Source of the DNA: a virus
Length of the DNA: 64,000 nt
Strand: one strand, 5' to 3'
IMG/VR virus record: IMGVR_UViG_3300032046_000008
Span: 37,906 to 101,905 of that record
Shown here: piece after piece, positions 1 to 9,575 of the stretch
Numbering within the stretch: the first letter of the stretch is position 1
How the letters are laid out: each line of letters opens with the position of its first letter
The notes under the pieces: generated by a model
Database searches by the model: none
Seen by the model: only the letters and a program-made list of their open reading frames with translations
Told to the model about the DNA's origin: nothing
Translations under genes and position numbers: made by a program

Positions 1-49
1 CATCTACTGAGACCACTGAAGACCTGTTCCAAACATTGCTCGCTCATTC

Positions 50-205
50 TCACGCCTCCACTAGTTCACATGCCTTGCAGTTGGCGCTGCCCATGCAGTT
101 CTCACATACCAGCTGCTTGCATTTGGGACATCGCTGCATACAATCCAGAGACCTCACCTGCGAGTATACCTCACAACTGTTCTGGATGTCTGAGAGTTTT
201 ACCAT
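50..205 (-). CDS. Small Cys-rich (zinc-finger-like) protein, 51 aa, not in ORF track
   Basis: Manual translation MVKLSDIQNSCEVYSQVRSLDCMQRCPKCKQLVCENCMGSANCKACELVEA*; three CxxC pairs; GGAAGGA SD upstream. Confidence 0.55.
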   Translation of the reverse strand: MVKLSDIQNSCEVYSQVRSLDCMQRCPKCKQLVCENCMGSANCKACELVEA

Positions 206-362
206 ATTGTTCCTTCCCCAGAGCTACCGGCCCTGGCCCCTGAGTCTAGGGTTAGGCGCTGGACTGACTGGCAGGTACGCTATAGCGGCTGAAAAGCCTT
301 CTCCCTGCACTTACTGCCACCGCTGTCACCCGCAGGCCCAGGGGCGAACGCCAGAGCGCCCG

Positions 363-575
363 CTAACTGACAGTGTTACGGTCTAAGTATCGCTCTAGGT
401 TGTGACGTTCTTTTCCCTCTGGTTCTATTAGACTCCCAAGGTAGGTTGGCATGCGACCTATAGGCCGGAGTACACCTGCCAGTCCATCGGTGACTAGCCT
501 CTGCGCCTCTGCTAAATTGTCGGCCTCTACATCGCGGTCGAAGATCGCCACTGCTGCCACATGATACCGTACCAT
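363..575 (-). CDS. Hypothetical phage protein (70 aa)
   Basis: AGGAGG SD upstream of ATG; fits minus-strand gene packing. Confidence 0.55.
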   Translation of the reverse strand: MVRYHVAAVAIFDRDVEADNLAEAQRLVTDGLAGVLRPIGRMPTYLGSLIEPEGKERHNLERYLDRNTVS

Positions 576-651
576 CGTACCCTCCTGCCTCTAACTCTGC
601 GCCCTCACACGGCGCACAGGTGGCGGCAGGAAGCCGCCTATTTGTCATCTT

Positions 652-996
652 TTATGCTCCTCTCAGTGCCACAGACCGTATCTCATCTGTGAGGTGGAAC
701 TGGAGCGCCAACCTTACAGCCATGTCTCCTGGGAGTCGCCCTGATCGCACAGCCTCCAGTAGTTTCTTGGCGGCCAGTCGTCGGTCCCCATCCCTTTGTA
801 GCACACCGAGCACCATCTCATGGCCCCAGCGCCACATACTCTGCTCTTCGGCTCGCTCGACGGCCTCTAAAGGCTCTGACCGAACTTCCCATTTAGCTCC
901 CACTTGAGCCTTCTTCTCTGCAGCAGCATTCGATGATTCGAATCTCGACCCACGCCTGGGGATGTCCAAGCCCGTGGTACATGGGAGGTGCAGCAA
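652..996 (-). CDS. Hypothetical phage protein (true start probably downstream)
   Basis: Minus-strand ORF with plausible helical composition. Confidence 0.4.
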   Translation of the reverse strand: MLHLPCTTGLDIPRRGSRFESSNAAAEKKAQVGAKWEVRSEPLEAVERAEEQSMWRWGHEMVLGVLQRDGDRRLAAKKLLEAVRSGRLPGDMAVRLALQFHLTDEIRSVALRGA

Positions 997-1126
997 CCTT
1001 CTTAACCTCGGCCTCCTCGTGGGTCTTGGTCGTTGCTAGTATCCTAGGGGATGTGCTTCTACCCCACTTGTCTTCTGGCAGGAATCCTAACACATGGAAG
1101 TGTGTCTTGTTAACTCCCGCTGGCAT
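893..1126 (-). CDS. Hypothetical phage protein (77 aa)
   Basis: AAGGAG SD upstream; first gene after an intergenic gap. Confidence 0.5.
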   Translation of the reverse strand: MPAGVNKTHFHVLGFLPEDKWGRSTSPRILATTKTHEEAEVKKVAAPPMYHGLGHPQAWVEIRIIECCCREEGSSGS

Positions 1127-1402
1127 GATCTCGGCTCTCCTTCACGCCTTTATTATCGCTTATTAGGTGAAAGAAGGAAAGCTTGTAGAGAAGCATCTAC
1201 AGGAGTTCTCGAGGATTGAGAGACTACTAGGAGGAATTAGAAAGCGCGTTCACACGAGGACAAGAGAGTTCGCCGTTTTTCACACGAATTCGGGGACCAT
1301 TAAACATTACTGGGTTTGAAGAAGCTTCTTCGATTGCTCTTTCTGAGTTAAAAGACGAGCCAATACCGTGAGAGCTTTCTTCTCTTTCTTTAATTTTTGA
1401 TG

Positions 1403-1699
1403 CTACGCCGAATGCGCCCCTTTGTTTGCGAAGAGTTGCAAATTGGAAGGATCATCATCCCGAGTATGACCATTAATATGATGTACTATTTCACCGTGAG
1501 CAATGGACCGACCGATCTTCTGTTCCATTACGGCATGCGATCTGGATTGCCAGCCCATCTCTGTTTTAATATTTATATATTTGGCGCTGAGTCGGCCTCG
1601 ACTCATTTTGAACGCGACGTCAGGTCTACACACTCCGCAATAAGGATGGGCCTTGCCGCAGGATTTGACTTTGTACATCTTGCCTTTGCTTTTATACAT
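1403..1699 (-). CDS. HNH endonuclease-like protein
   Basis: HAVMEQKIGRSIAHGEIVHHINGHTRDDDPSNLQL is a typical phage HNH_3 signature. Confidence 0.75.
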   Translation of the reverse strand: MYKSKGKMYKVKSCGKAHPYCGVCRPDVAFKMSRGRLSAKYINIKTEMGWQSRSHAVMEQKIGRSIAHGEIVHHINGHTRDDDPSNLQLFANKGAHSA

Positions 1700-1729
1700 C
1701 GGGTCGCGTGGATGCTTTGTGGATCGCCA

Positions 1730-1954
1730 TTAGCACGACTGAGGGTCTAATATTTTCTTTTCTTCTTCCAGCTCCTTCTGACCCGTTGGAGCTTCTGGCG
1801 CTATCTCATCTCGCCATATATCAATCTCGCGAGGAGCCTTGATACCGAGGGAAACCTTATTGCGCTGCACTCCTAAGACAACGATATGGATCTCTAGACC
1901 ATCTTTTCCTTGGAGAATCAGACCTTCATTCTCATGGCGCGTCAGTACTAGCAT
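1730..1954 (-). CDS. csrA: Carbon storage regulator CsrA/RsmA-family RNA-binding protein
   Basis: MLVLTR...I.I.VLGV...VSLGIKAPREIDIWRDEI matches the CsrA consensus (MLxLTR; GIxAP; R-x-E-I). Confidence 0.88.
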   Translation of the reverse strand: MLVLTRHENEGLILQGKDGLEIHIVVLGVQRNKVSLGIKAPREIDIWRDEIAPEAPTGQKELEEEKKILDPQSC

Positions 1955-1982
1955 GTCTTCCTCCCTGAAGACTGCCCCGCCA

Positions 1983-2186
1983 TTATTCCATCTCTCTTGT
2001 TAAGTGTAGACTTTGTCTGACCTGCAGCATCTCCCAAGCAGCCCAGACACTGAATGCCATAAATACTGTCAAGACTCCAAGCAGTGAACGCTCGCGCTTA
2101 GTTTCTGCGATTTCTTCTAGCATCTCAGAGGCAACTGCCAATGCAACTTGTGCAGCGAGGAATGAAGCCAAAGCATTAAGCATCAC
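1983..2186 (-). CDS. Small membrane protein (two hydrophobic segments), lysis-cassette associated
   Basis: Two hydrophobic helices; overlaps stop of upstream gene. Confidence 0.5.
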   Translation of the reverse strand: MMLNALASFLAAQVALAVASEMLEEIAETKRERSLLGVLTVFMAFSVWAAWEMLQVRQSLHLTREME

Positions 2187-3052
2187 GCACCTAAAGCCTG
2201 CCTAGTAGCATCTCCTGCTGCCTTGGAGACCATCATTGCCACTTTGTCTATATTTACTGCAGGTCTACCTGGCTGAAGTGCTAAATCCACGATTTCCCAG
2301 GCATCCCGAGCTCCCCATTTGGCTCTGTCATTGCAATCATGAGCGGCATAGAGAGATGTGCCATGAATCTTCTGCCCCAAGACTGTCGTCCATCGCCAGG
2401 CGAGGATAATTTGCCCTATAATCTCCTCATAATCCATGCGGCCATAAGTCTGGATGGCCGGCAATATGGGGGCGCTACGACCAGGTTCTGGAAGGGTTGG
2501 GCCTAGTTTTTGCCATCGCCAATACGCATCATCAAAGGCCATCTGTAGATCACCAAACGGTGTGTTTGGATAGAATGCTTTCGGGTAGATCATTACTAGC
2601 CAACCGGCTACATACTTTGCCAGTTCTTTGTGGTAGGGCAAACTCAGCCGATTGCCTCGGAAGTCTGTGCTGGCATAAATGGGAGCAAGACCACCAAATC
2701 TCTCTATTAATTGTTTTACATTGTTACCATTTGGCTCGGCCTCATATGGCCCTTCCATATTCAGCGCAACAGAGGCTGCGCCATGTTCCTGGACAGCCCA
2801 GCGCAGAGCATCAGCTTCAGCCAGAGCACAACTCGGCATACAATAAATCTCTGCGGCCAGAAACAACCCAGCCTGCCGTATCTTATGGGCGCTGACTGGA
2901 AAATCTGCCCTTCTCACGAGATTATTAGAATAGATGGGTTCCTGATAAGCTGCCTTCAAAATGATGGTATTGCCCCCAATATCCTTAGTTAACGCAATCA
3001 CCTTGTCAATATTGAAGGCTTGCTCATTCCAATGCCAAATTCCACGCAGAAT
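2183..3052 (-). CDS. Putative endolysin, glycoside-hydrolase (GH25-like TIM barrel) fold; may start at ATT 3052 rather than GTG 3001
   Basis: Directly downstream of holin; in-frame upstream LRGIWHW after a strong GGAAGGAGG SD; IILKAA, VALNMEGPY, IYAST and WLVMIY strands resemble a GH25-like barrel. Confidence 0.45.
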   Translation of the reverse strand: MLRGIWHWNEQAFNIDKVIALTKDIGGNTIILKAAYQEPIYSNNLVRRADFPVSAHKIRQAGLFLAAEIYCMPSCALAEADALRWAVQEHGAASVALNMEGPYEAEPNGNNVKQLIERFGGLAPIYASTDFRGNRLSLPYHKELAKYVAGWLVMIYPKAFYPNTPFGDLQMAFDDAYWRWQKLGPTLPEPGRSAPILPAIQTYGRMDYEEIIGQIILAWRWTTVLGQKIHGTSLYAAHDCNDRAKWGARDAWEIVDLALQPGRPAVNIDKVAMMVSKAAGDATRQALGA

Positions 3053-3070
3053 TGTTACTGCCCTCCTTCC

Positions 3071-3337
3071 TTATGGCACCTTTGTCTTGACCCAATCGAT
3101 GATTCCCTGAATAGTTACACCACCGCCTGCTAGACCAATGATTGAAACGATGGTCAAGTTGAACTGCTGCTCTGTCAGACCTCCTTGGAATGCCTGAATT
3201 GCTACTACTCCTATGATGCCACTGATCCCTGCAATAACAGCGACCAATTTGCGACTATTAAGTTGTGCCACTTCCAACCTCCGTATGATGTTATCCCATT
3301 CGACTCCAGGACTACGCCTTGGAAGCCATATACTCAT
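3071..3337 (-). CDS. Holin (two TM helices)
   Basis: Start at MSIWL via ATGA overlap; SRKLVAVIAG holin-like motif, two TMs, basic C-terminus. Confidence 0.7.
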   Translation of the reverse strand: MSIWLPRRSPGVEWDNIIRRLEVAQLNSRKLVAVIAGISGIIGVVAIQAFQGGLTEQQFNLTIVSIIGLAGGGVTIQGIIDWVKTKVP

Positions 3338-3600
3338 TTCTCTAATAACCGCATCACTACTGCGGTTAATGGTCCTGCGCCAACAGCTACTAAAGCCCAG
3401 AGAGCTTTGCCTCCTCCAGCAGCACCTTCCAGCTTCGCCTTCCAAAGTTTCAATGTTCCTACTTCGCCATTGATTCGTTTCATTTCTTTCTTGATCTCTT
3501 CATGAGCCAAATCATTACGCTCTGCCATTCCCTTGAACTCTCGGTCGCGGAAGTCAGCTAGTTCGCTCCGAAGAGCTGCAAGTTCTGTTGCTTGATCCAT
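3334..3600 (-). CDS. Coiled-coil plus C-terminal TM protein (XhlA-like lysis accessory)
   Basis: Coiled N-terminus, single C-terminal TM, adjacent to holin. Confidence 0.55.
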   Translation of the reverse strand: MDQATELAALRSELADFRDREFKGMAERNDLAHEEIKKEMKRINGEVGTLKLWKAKLEGAAGGGKALWALVAVGAGPLTAVVMRLLEK

Positions 3601-3612
3601 ATTATTTTCCTC

Positions 3613-4791
3613 TCAGAGTACATATCCCTGATTATGCACGTAGCCAGCTGCTGGCGTGTAGTCCGTGGCACAATGAGCCACCTGAAAGCCCATAGCAGAG
3701 ACGTTAGCGGAGCCCCCGCTACCCGAAGTGGTCCGCATCCCGCCCAGAGTGTTGTCAAGATTAGCCTGCGTCCAGGCCGCGCCTTCCGTGTCTATATCAC
3801 GACCATAACCCGACCACGCTGGAACCGCCCATGCGGTTGTAAGAGTGCGGGCCGTCTCCGCAATCGTCGTCGTCCGCTTCATAAGACCCGCAGCATCATA
3901 CGAATTTATGTCAGCAGTCTTAGCCCTACAGACAACCTTCACGGCCCAGATGTAGTCGCCACCAGGAATGCCAATGGTGGCGCAACTCTGCATTCCATAG
4001 AGATCGTCCAGTAGATTGCTGGTATAAACATAGTCCGTGTCACTAGAGGGCGCTTCATCAACGCAGGCATAGTTAGTGCCCGCTGAGGGAGTCCAGGCCA
4101 CGGCGCTATTGCTTATCGGCCTCGATGACCGTATCGCCATGATGCCGCTCTTCGGCGGTGCTATATCTGTACCAGCAACATAAGATGCAACGTAGAGGTC
4201 GTCGGTATAGACTGTCAGCCCAGGATTCATCTTTGCGCTGGTAGCGCCCCGCAGGAACTCTACATAGTCAAGCGCCAACAAATTGCTGGTGGTGTAGGTC
4301 ACGGCCAGAGTCCCGCCCACATAGACGTTCATGACGTGGGTTGCCATTATGTACTCAACACACAGCTCATTCCAGGAACCCAGAGCAATAACGTTGGGTG
4401 CTGAGGTTGCGTATATGGTCGCGCCGTCTTCACTGCTGATCTGGAGGCATGGACTCCCGCTGCTGACCGCCCAAAGCAAAGCGAAGGTCGTGCCACTCCA
4501 GTACCCAAGCCACATTAGGAGCCCTGCTATGCCCGACCCCGTGATAGCATCCGCCGAGTAGAAACCGAATGTGGACCGAAAGGGATTGTTGACGTTCCAA
4601 TCTATCCCCACACCAGAAGGCTTAATGTAGGGCTGCTGACCTGCAACGGTGCAATCATGCTTGAACGATGCTAGCCCTGTCCGCTTCTGGGCGGTGCTTC
4701 GCTCACAGCCAGTACCAACGGCGGCCTCAGTGCAGTTCCCTGCCGCGCCGTCATACTCGGCCCCAGCCATGAAGAGGGTCTGACGTGCCAC
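3613..4791 (-). CDS. Putative virion/tail-associated beta-rich protein (LamG-like N-terminal domain)
   Basis: 392 aa, Thr/Gly/Ala-rich; LGSWNELCVEY...VYVGGTL...YTDDLYV LamG-like pattern; end of tail module. Confidence 0.55.
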   Translation of the reverse strand: MARQTLFMAGAEYDGAAGNCTEAAVGTGCERSTAQKRTGLASFKHDCTVAGQQPYIKPSGVGIDWNVNNPFRSTFGFYSADAITGSGIAGLLMWLGYWSGTTFALLWAVSSGSPCLQISSEDGATIYATSAPNVIALGSWNELCVEYIMATHVMNVYVGGTLAVTYTTSNLLALDYVEFLRGATSAKMNPGLTVYTDDLYVASYVAGTDIAPPKSGIMAIRSSRPISNSAVAWTPSAGTNYACVDEAPSSDTDYVYTSNLLDDLYGMQSCATIGIPGGDYIWAVKVVCRAKTADINSYDAAGLMKRTTTIAETARTLTTAWAVPAWSGYGRDIDTEGAAWTQANLDNTLGGMRTTSGSGGSANVSAMGFQVAHCATDYTPAAGYVHNQGYVL

Positions 4792-5294
4792 TAGAGTTTA
4801 CCTACAGTCTTCGCCATGTGAGCCGAGTAGAGCCGAAGAGCCCCGAACTGGTTGACGTAATCGGCCTGTTGAAATGGCCCGCCGTCCAACCAAGTCCGCA
4901 GCGGGACAGCAACGGTGCGATATATCCAGCCGAAGGCATATTCCTCCTGCTTCGCAGCAATCCTAGTCTGGAACCAGAAGCGGAAAAGTTCGCGTACAGT
5001 GGTCGTGGTAGGTGCCCACAGGGCAAGTTGGGAGGCCCAGATGCGTTCCAGGGGGTGTGGAGCAGCAAGTGGCTTGGAGCCTGGTGGTGCTTCCAGCACA
5101 GCAGGCCGTACCACAAATAGGCTTTGATTGTCGTCCGAGATATAAACCTGGCCGACCTTACGTTCCGCCGCAACTCGATCCGGCGTCCAGAGGTCAACAG
5201 GTTCGGAACAAGAAGCTGCCGTTATAGGAACTTGGGCGTTCCAAATGGAAGCCGCTAGTGCATCATCGACGGCGGTTGTTACTATTCTGGCCAT
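4791..5294 (-). CDS. Hypothetical protein (167 aa)
   Basis: GGAG SD; coupled to downstream gene. Confidence 0.55.
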   Translation of the reverse strand: MARIVTTAVDDALAASIWNAQVPITAASCSEPVDLWTPDRVAAERKVGQVYISDDNQSLFVVRPAVLEAPPGSKPLAAPHPLERIWASQLALWAPTTTTVRELFRFWFQTRIAAKQEEYAFGWIYRTVAVPLRTWLDGGPFQQADYVNQFGALRLYSAHMAKTVGKL

Positions 5295-5326
5295 CTATAT
5301 CTCCACCCAGTCCCGGTATGCGGTCA

Positions 5327-6916
5327 TCACCCCTTCAATGCCTTCTCGTAATACTCCATGTTGACCTTCAGCCGCTCGCTATCTGGGCGGGCAGCCAGAG
5401 CAATACCACCATACTTCAGGGCTTCTTTGTTGCGTCCTGCCTTGTGACAGGCTAAGGCTAGCTCGTCCCAGCGATACCAGTCATAGATGGTCTGGTCTAC
5501 AAAGTAGGTGCTAGGGCTGAATGCTGTAGATGCTAGTAACCAACCGATAGCCTCCTCGTACCGCTTCTGGGCGCGAGCTGTCTTTCCCAGCCAGAAATAA
5601 GGCTCTGCCCAGCCAGCGAACTCAGCCAGAGACTTCAATGCTGCCTGCCATGCAGACTTTTCATCTCCTAGTGCTCGCCAACAATCGGCAGCCATGAGAC
5701 AAGCACGAGAGCGTTGAATAGGCCATCCCGGAGGAATCTGAAGTAGAAGGGCCACAAGCCCCAGACATTCATGCCAGTGCTTCTTGTAAAAATGCTGACG
5801 AGCCAGGTAAAACAATGTCCGCTCAGTTAGAGTTTCTTTCTCGAGGTCAGAGCGCAGAGCATCAAACATATCGGCATGATTTGGTCGGTCCCCACTGGGT
5901 CGTGACAGATGTTCTACGACAATGTCTTTGTGCTCTATCCGCCCTGTTCCATTAAGCCAGTTATGGGCTGCACCATGCCAACTCCACTCCTTGGTATTCT
6001 TGTGCAGCAGTTCTTGGCGAGCATATGTGGTAGCAGGATTCCCATTCTTGTCACGGCTGAAGATCATGAATGGCGCTATACCATCCTGTTTGCCCTCGCT
6101 AACTATCTGTCTGATGGCCTCATGGCCCTCTAGCAGAATCTCGTCAGCATCCTGCCAGTAGAGATATTCGCCGAAACATAGACCTTCAGCATAGTTCCGA
6201 GCCGCAGCGAAGTCGTCACACCAGGGAAAATGACCCATACGAGCACCATAGGACTTAGCAATCTCTATGGTCTTGTCAGAGGAGCCGGTGTCTACGATGA
6301 CCAACTCGTCCCATAGACCTTTTAGAGAATCAAGGCACGTGGGAAGAAGTTCCTCTTCATTCTTAACAATCAGTACAATTGACAATTTGGGTTGCTTGCG
6401 ATGGGCAGTGGCCACAAGATATTGATCAGAATATGGATGAGTCAAAATAGGCCCAATAGCGCCAAGAGCCTTCGGCAATACACCATCTGTAAACTCACGC
6501 ACATGAGCAGGATCTGGTACAGCAGCCCCATTAGGAACAGTTACCACAAGATGCCCATTAGGAGCGAGGGACTGTCTGATCTTCTTTAGCAAGAGGGCTT
6601 CTGTCTTATTATCTAAGTGCTCTAACAACTCCCCCAGGACGATGGTGTGCCAAGAACCTCGGGGCATAGGCTCCTTGATAAAATCATGCACCTTGAACTT
6701 CTTGCCAGGATTACGATGAGCAGCTAAATCAATGGCTGCCTGGGAGAAGTCGAGACCAAGGTAATGGCCGTCGCAGAACTGCGCCAGTCTACCATCACCA
6801 CAGCCCACATCTAGTACCTTGCCAGAGCATAGAGAGGCTGTGTAGCGCACCCTGTTCTCGTCCACGTGGTAGCGCCCGTTGTAGATCTTGTCATAATAAG
6901 ATGAATCCTTCATCAT
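5327..6916 (-). CDS. SAM methyltransferase + GT2 glycosyltransferase + TPR fusion
   Basis: VLDVGCGDG motif I; [34 protein letters not shown] (GT2); C-terminal TPR helices; start at ATGA overlap. Confidence 0.9.
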   Translation of the reverse strand: MMKDSSYYDKIYNGRYHVDENRVRYTASLCSGKVLDVGCGDGRLAQFCDGHYLGLDFSQAAIDLAAHRNPGKKFKVHDFIKEPMPRGSWHTIVLGELLEHLDNKTEALLLKKIRQSLAPNGHLVVTVPNGAAVPDPAHVREFTDGVLPKALGAIGPILTHPYSDQYLVATAHRKQPKLSIVLIVKNEEELLPTCLDSLKGLWDELVIVDTGSSDKTIEIAKSYGARMGHFPWCDDFAAARNYAEGLCFGEYLYWQDADEILLEGHEAIRQIVSEGKQDGIAPFMIFSRDKNGNPATTYARQELLHKNTKEWSWHGAAHNWLNGTGRIEHKDIVVEHLSRPSGDRPNHADMFDALRSDLEKETLTERTLFYLARQHFYKKHWHECLGLVALLLQIPPGWPIQRSRACLMAADCWRALGDEKSAWQAALKSLAEFAGWAEPYFWLGKTARAQKRYEEAIGWLLASTAFSPSTYFVDQTIYDWYRWDELALACHKAGRNKEALKYGGIALAARPDSERLKVNMEYYEKALKG

Positions 6917-9240
6917 GCTGGCCTCAAACTTACTAAACACCTAGTAATCGTGCTACATGAATCCACGTTGTACCTCAGCACATCACCGACACTAAATGCT
7001 TTTGTCCAGCCGGTCAAGGTCACATCCTGGTCCTTCACGCCGCTAGCAATTGTAGGCTCGTTTGCTGCCGTGATAGTATCTGCATTAGTAGGGGGATAGT
7101 TCGCGTACGTATCCTTCCAGATATCAATCTTAATACTGCCCGTAACATTAGCGAAGAGACGAGCACTGGCGATGGTCACAGCAGCAGGAACTTCCAGATC
7201 ACCTTTGGGACCAGTTGTGATGACAGCGCCACCACCATCAATAACAAACTCCAGAGCCTTGACAGCAGGACCAGTGGGGCCGGTTTCCCCAGTCTCGCCT
7301 GTAGTTCCTGTCGCTCCCTTTGCACCGGCTGTCCCTGTATGCCCAGTTGCGCCAGTATGGCCAGGAGTTGTTGCCCCTGTAACTCCTGTTGCGCCTTTAG
7401 CCCCTGCAGTTCCCGTATGTCCTGTTGCTCCCTTAGCTCCGGCAGTTCCAGTATGCCCCGTAGCACCTTTAGCACCAGCGGTCCCTGTATGCCCTGTCGC
7501 TCCCTTGGCCCCCGCTGTTCCGGTATGGCCGGTCGCGCCTTTAGCACCAGCAGTGCCTGTGTGTCCAGTAGCCCCTTTAGCTCCGGCTGTCCCAGTATGT
7601 CCTGTGGAGCCCTTTGCCCCTGCCGTGCCCGTATGTCCGGTGGCCCCCTTAGCGCCTGCCGTGCCGGTATGACCAGTAGCGCCTTTGGTCCCCGCTGTAC
7701 CAGTATGTCCCGTAGCTCCAGTCACTCCCTTGGCACCTTGTGTGCCCGTATGTCCTGTTGAGCCAGTGTGTCCCGTCGCACCTGTTTTTCCAGTGGCACC
7801 TTTGGCCCCTGCAGTGCCAGTATGACCAGTAACTCCGGTTGCTCCTTTAACTCCAGCAGTACCAGTGTGTCCTGTCGCGCCTGTTACGCCTTTTGCTCCA
7901 GCAGTTCCCGTATGACCAGTCGGACCAGCAATTCCTTGCGTTCCAGTATGTCCTGTGGAGCCTGTATGACCAGTAGGGCCTGTGCTACCTTTAGCTCCGG
8001 CAGTTCCTGTATGACCTGTTGAACCAGTTTTGCCAGTAGCTCCTTTCGCTCCTTGAGTACCAGTATGGCCTGTCGGTCCCTGCGCACCAGCAGTTCCTGT
8101 ATGGCCAGTAGCGCCTGTCGCTCCTTTGATTCCCTGAGTACCTGTGTGACCTGTTGCCCCTGTAGTCCCTTTTACTCCTTGCGTTCCTGTATGCCCAGTT
8201 GCGCCTTTCGCTCCTTGTGTACCTGTATGTCCTGTAACTCCGGTGGCTCCTTTAGCGCCTTGAGTGCCAGTATGACCGGTCGGCCCTGGTACAGTAGAAT
8301 CGGCACCAGTATGACCGATCGGTCCTTGAGTTCCTGTATGACCAGTATGCCCTGTGTGACCGATTGGCCCTTGAGTCCCTGTATGGCCCGTCGTTCCTTT
8401 AGCACCCTGTGTTCCAGTATGACCAGTTGGACCTGTTGTTCCAATTGTTCCTTGGGATCCCGTAGTTCCTGTAGCGCCAGTTTTGCCAGTCGAACCTGTC
8501 GGACCTGGAACTGTCGAGTCCGCTCCAGTTGGTCCAGTGCTACCAGTCGCTCCTGTTGGGCCAGTAGGACAAGTTGGGCATTTTCCTGTGGGGCCAGTAT
8601 GCCCTGTGATTCCAGTTGGGCCTGTACTTCCAGTTGGTCCCGTAGGTCCAGCTTGTGTCGGTCCAGTTGGCCCTGTGGAACCCGTCGGACCCGTAGGGCC
8701 TGTGCCGCCTCCTCCTCCACCTCCCGCTCCAGTTGGACCTGTAGGACCCCTTGATCCTCTACCTCCGCCACCGCCTCCTGGCAGGCCACGAGGACCAGTT
8801 GGACCAGAAGGCCCAGTTGGTCCTGTTGCCCCTGTATCACCTTTATCGCCCTTCTTTCCAGTGGAACCAGTTTTCCCAGACTTTCCTGGTGTCCCAGGAG
8901 AGCCTGAAATGCCTTGAGAACCTGTTGCTCCCGCTGGGCCAGAAATACCTTGCGGACCAGTCGGCCCCATTGGGCCAGTTGCACCCGTTAAGCCTATTGA
9001 TCCAGGCAAACCAACCCCAGAAGGACCAATTGCGCCTGTTGGTCCGGTTGGACCTGTCAGGCCCTGATAACTTACAATACCAAGCTCTTGACGAGAGACG
9101 ACTTCTAGCTGTCCGGACTGTGGAGGAGAATGAGGTTTGACTTCGGCAACAGTCTCTTGTATCTCTAGCTTTCCAAATTCGCCAAAGAGATCTCTTCGGT
9201 CAGAACTCACAGAAACATCAAGAAAAATTCTGTCTGTCAT
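6913..9240 (-). CDS. Collagen-like fibre protein (Gly-X-Thr rich) with C-terminal globular domain
   Basis: About 600 aa of Gly-X-Y triplets ([12 protein letters not shown]); C-terminal [14 protein letters not shown] domain. Confidence 0.92.
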   Translation of the reverse strand: MTDRIFLDVSVSSDRRDLFGEFGKLEIQETVAEVKPHSPPQSGQLEVVSRQELGIVSYQGLTGPTGPTGAIGPSGVGLPGSIGLTGATGPMGPTGPQGISGPAGATGSQGISGSPGTPGKSGKTGSTGKKGDKGDTGATGPTGPSGPTGPRGLPGGGGGGRGSRGPTGPTGAGGGGGGGTGPTGPTGSTGPTGPTQAGPTGPTGSTGPTGITGHTGPTGKCPTCPTGPTGATGSTGPTGADSTVPGPTGSTGKTGATGTTGSQGTIGTTGPTGHTGTQGAKGTTGHTGTQGPIGHTGHTGHTGTQGPIGHTGADSTVPGPTGHTGTQGAKGATGVTGHTGTQGAKGATGHTGTQGVKGTTGATGHTGTQGIKGATGATGHTGTAGAQGPTGHTGTQGAKGATGKTGSTGHTGTAGAKGSTGPTGHTGSTGHTGTQGIAGPTGHTGTAGAKGVTGATGHTGTAGVKGATGVTGHTGTAGAKGATGKTGATGHTGSTGHTGTQGAKGVTGATGHTGTAGTKGATGHTGTAGAKGATGHTGTAGAKGSTGHTGTAGAKGATGHTGTAGAKGATGHTGTAGAKGATGHTGTAGAKGATGHTGTAGAKGATGHTGTAGAKGATGVTGATTPGHTGATGHTGTAGAKGATGTTGETGETGPTGPAVKALEFVIDGGGAVITTGPKGDLEVPAAVTIASARLFANVTGSIKIDIWKDTYANYPPTNADTITAANEPTIASGVKDQDVTLTGWTKAFSVGDVLRYNVDSCSTITRCLVSLRPA
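7270..8450 (-). repeat. Degenerate coding tandem repeat, core unit [12 protein letters not shown] (36 nt)
   Basis: Near-identical peptide units encoded with varied synonymous codons. Confidence 0.85.
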
Positions 9241-9566
9241 CCTGCAATAACTTCGGCTGGTCCTTCAATCAAAGTCAGCGACTCGCCATCTTCCGGTTCA
9301 ATCACCAATCTCCAGACCCCGTTTTCCCAGGTCATCTTTTCGGTTTCTTTAATAAGAATCCTAATAGTGCCAGCAGAACCTCCAAGTTCAATACCATTGC
9401 CATCTTCCCAATAACCAAGAATAGCACCATCAGGAGATTGCTTTATCTGTAATTTCGCACGGCAGCCAGACAGATCTACAAGATCGCCATCCTTGTCTCT
9501 CCATGTTATGGTAATATCTAGAGGATTTCCTTGATAAATTGTTAGTGGATATCTGCCTGGCTTCAT
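9237..9566 (-). CDS. Tail fibre/baseplate-associated Ig-like adaptor (BppU/LtfC-like)
   Basis: LTIYQG...ITWRD.DG..VDLSG..AKLQIK pattern common beside phage fibre genes. Confidence 0.6.
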   Translation of the reverse strand: MKPGRYPLTIYQGNPLDITITWRDKDGDLVDLSGCRAKLQIKQSPDGAILGYWEDGNGIELGGSAGTIRILIKETEKMTWENGVWRLVIEPEDGESLTLIEGPAEVIAG

Positions 9567-9575
9567 GACAATCTC

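Noticed and set aside
7172-9140. Several plus-strand and alternate-frame ORFs (PVAP/PVGP repeats) over the collagen gene
   Set aside because: Shadow frames of Gly-X-Y codon repeats; no SD or independent features
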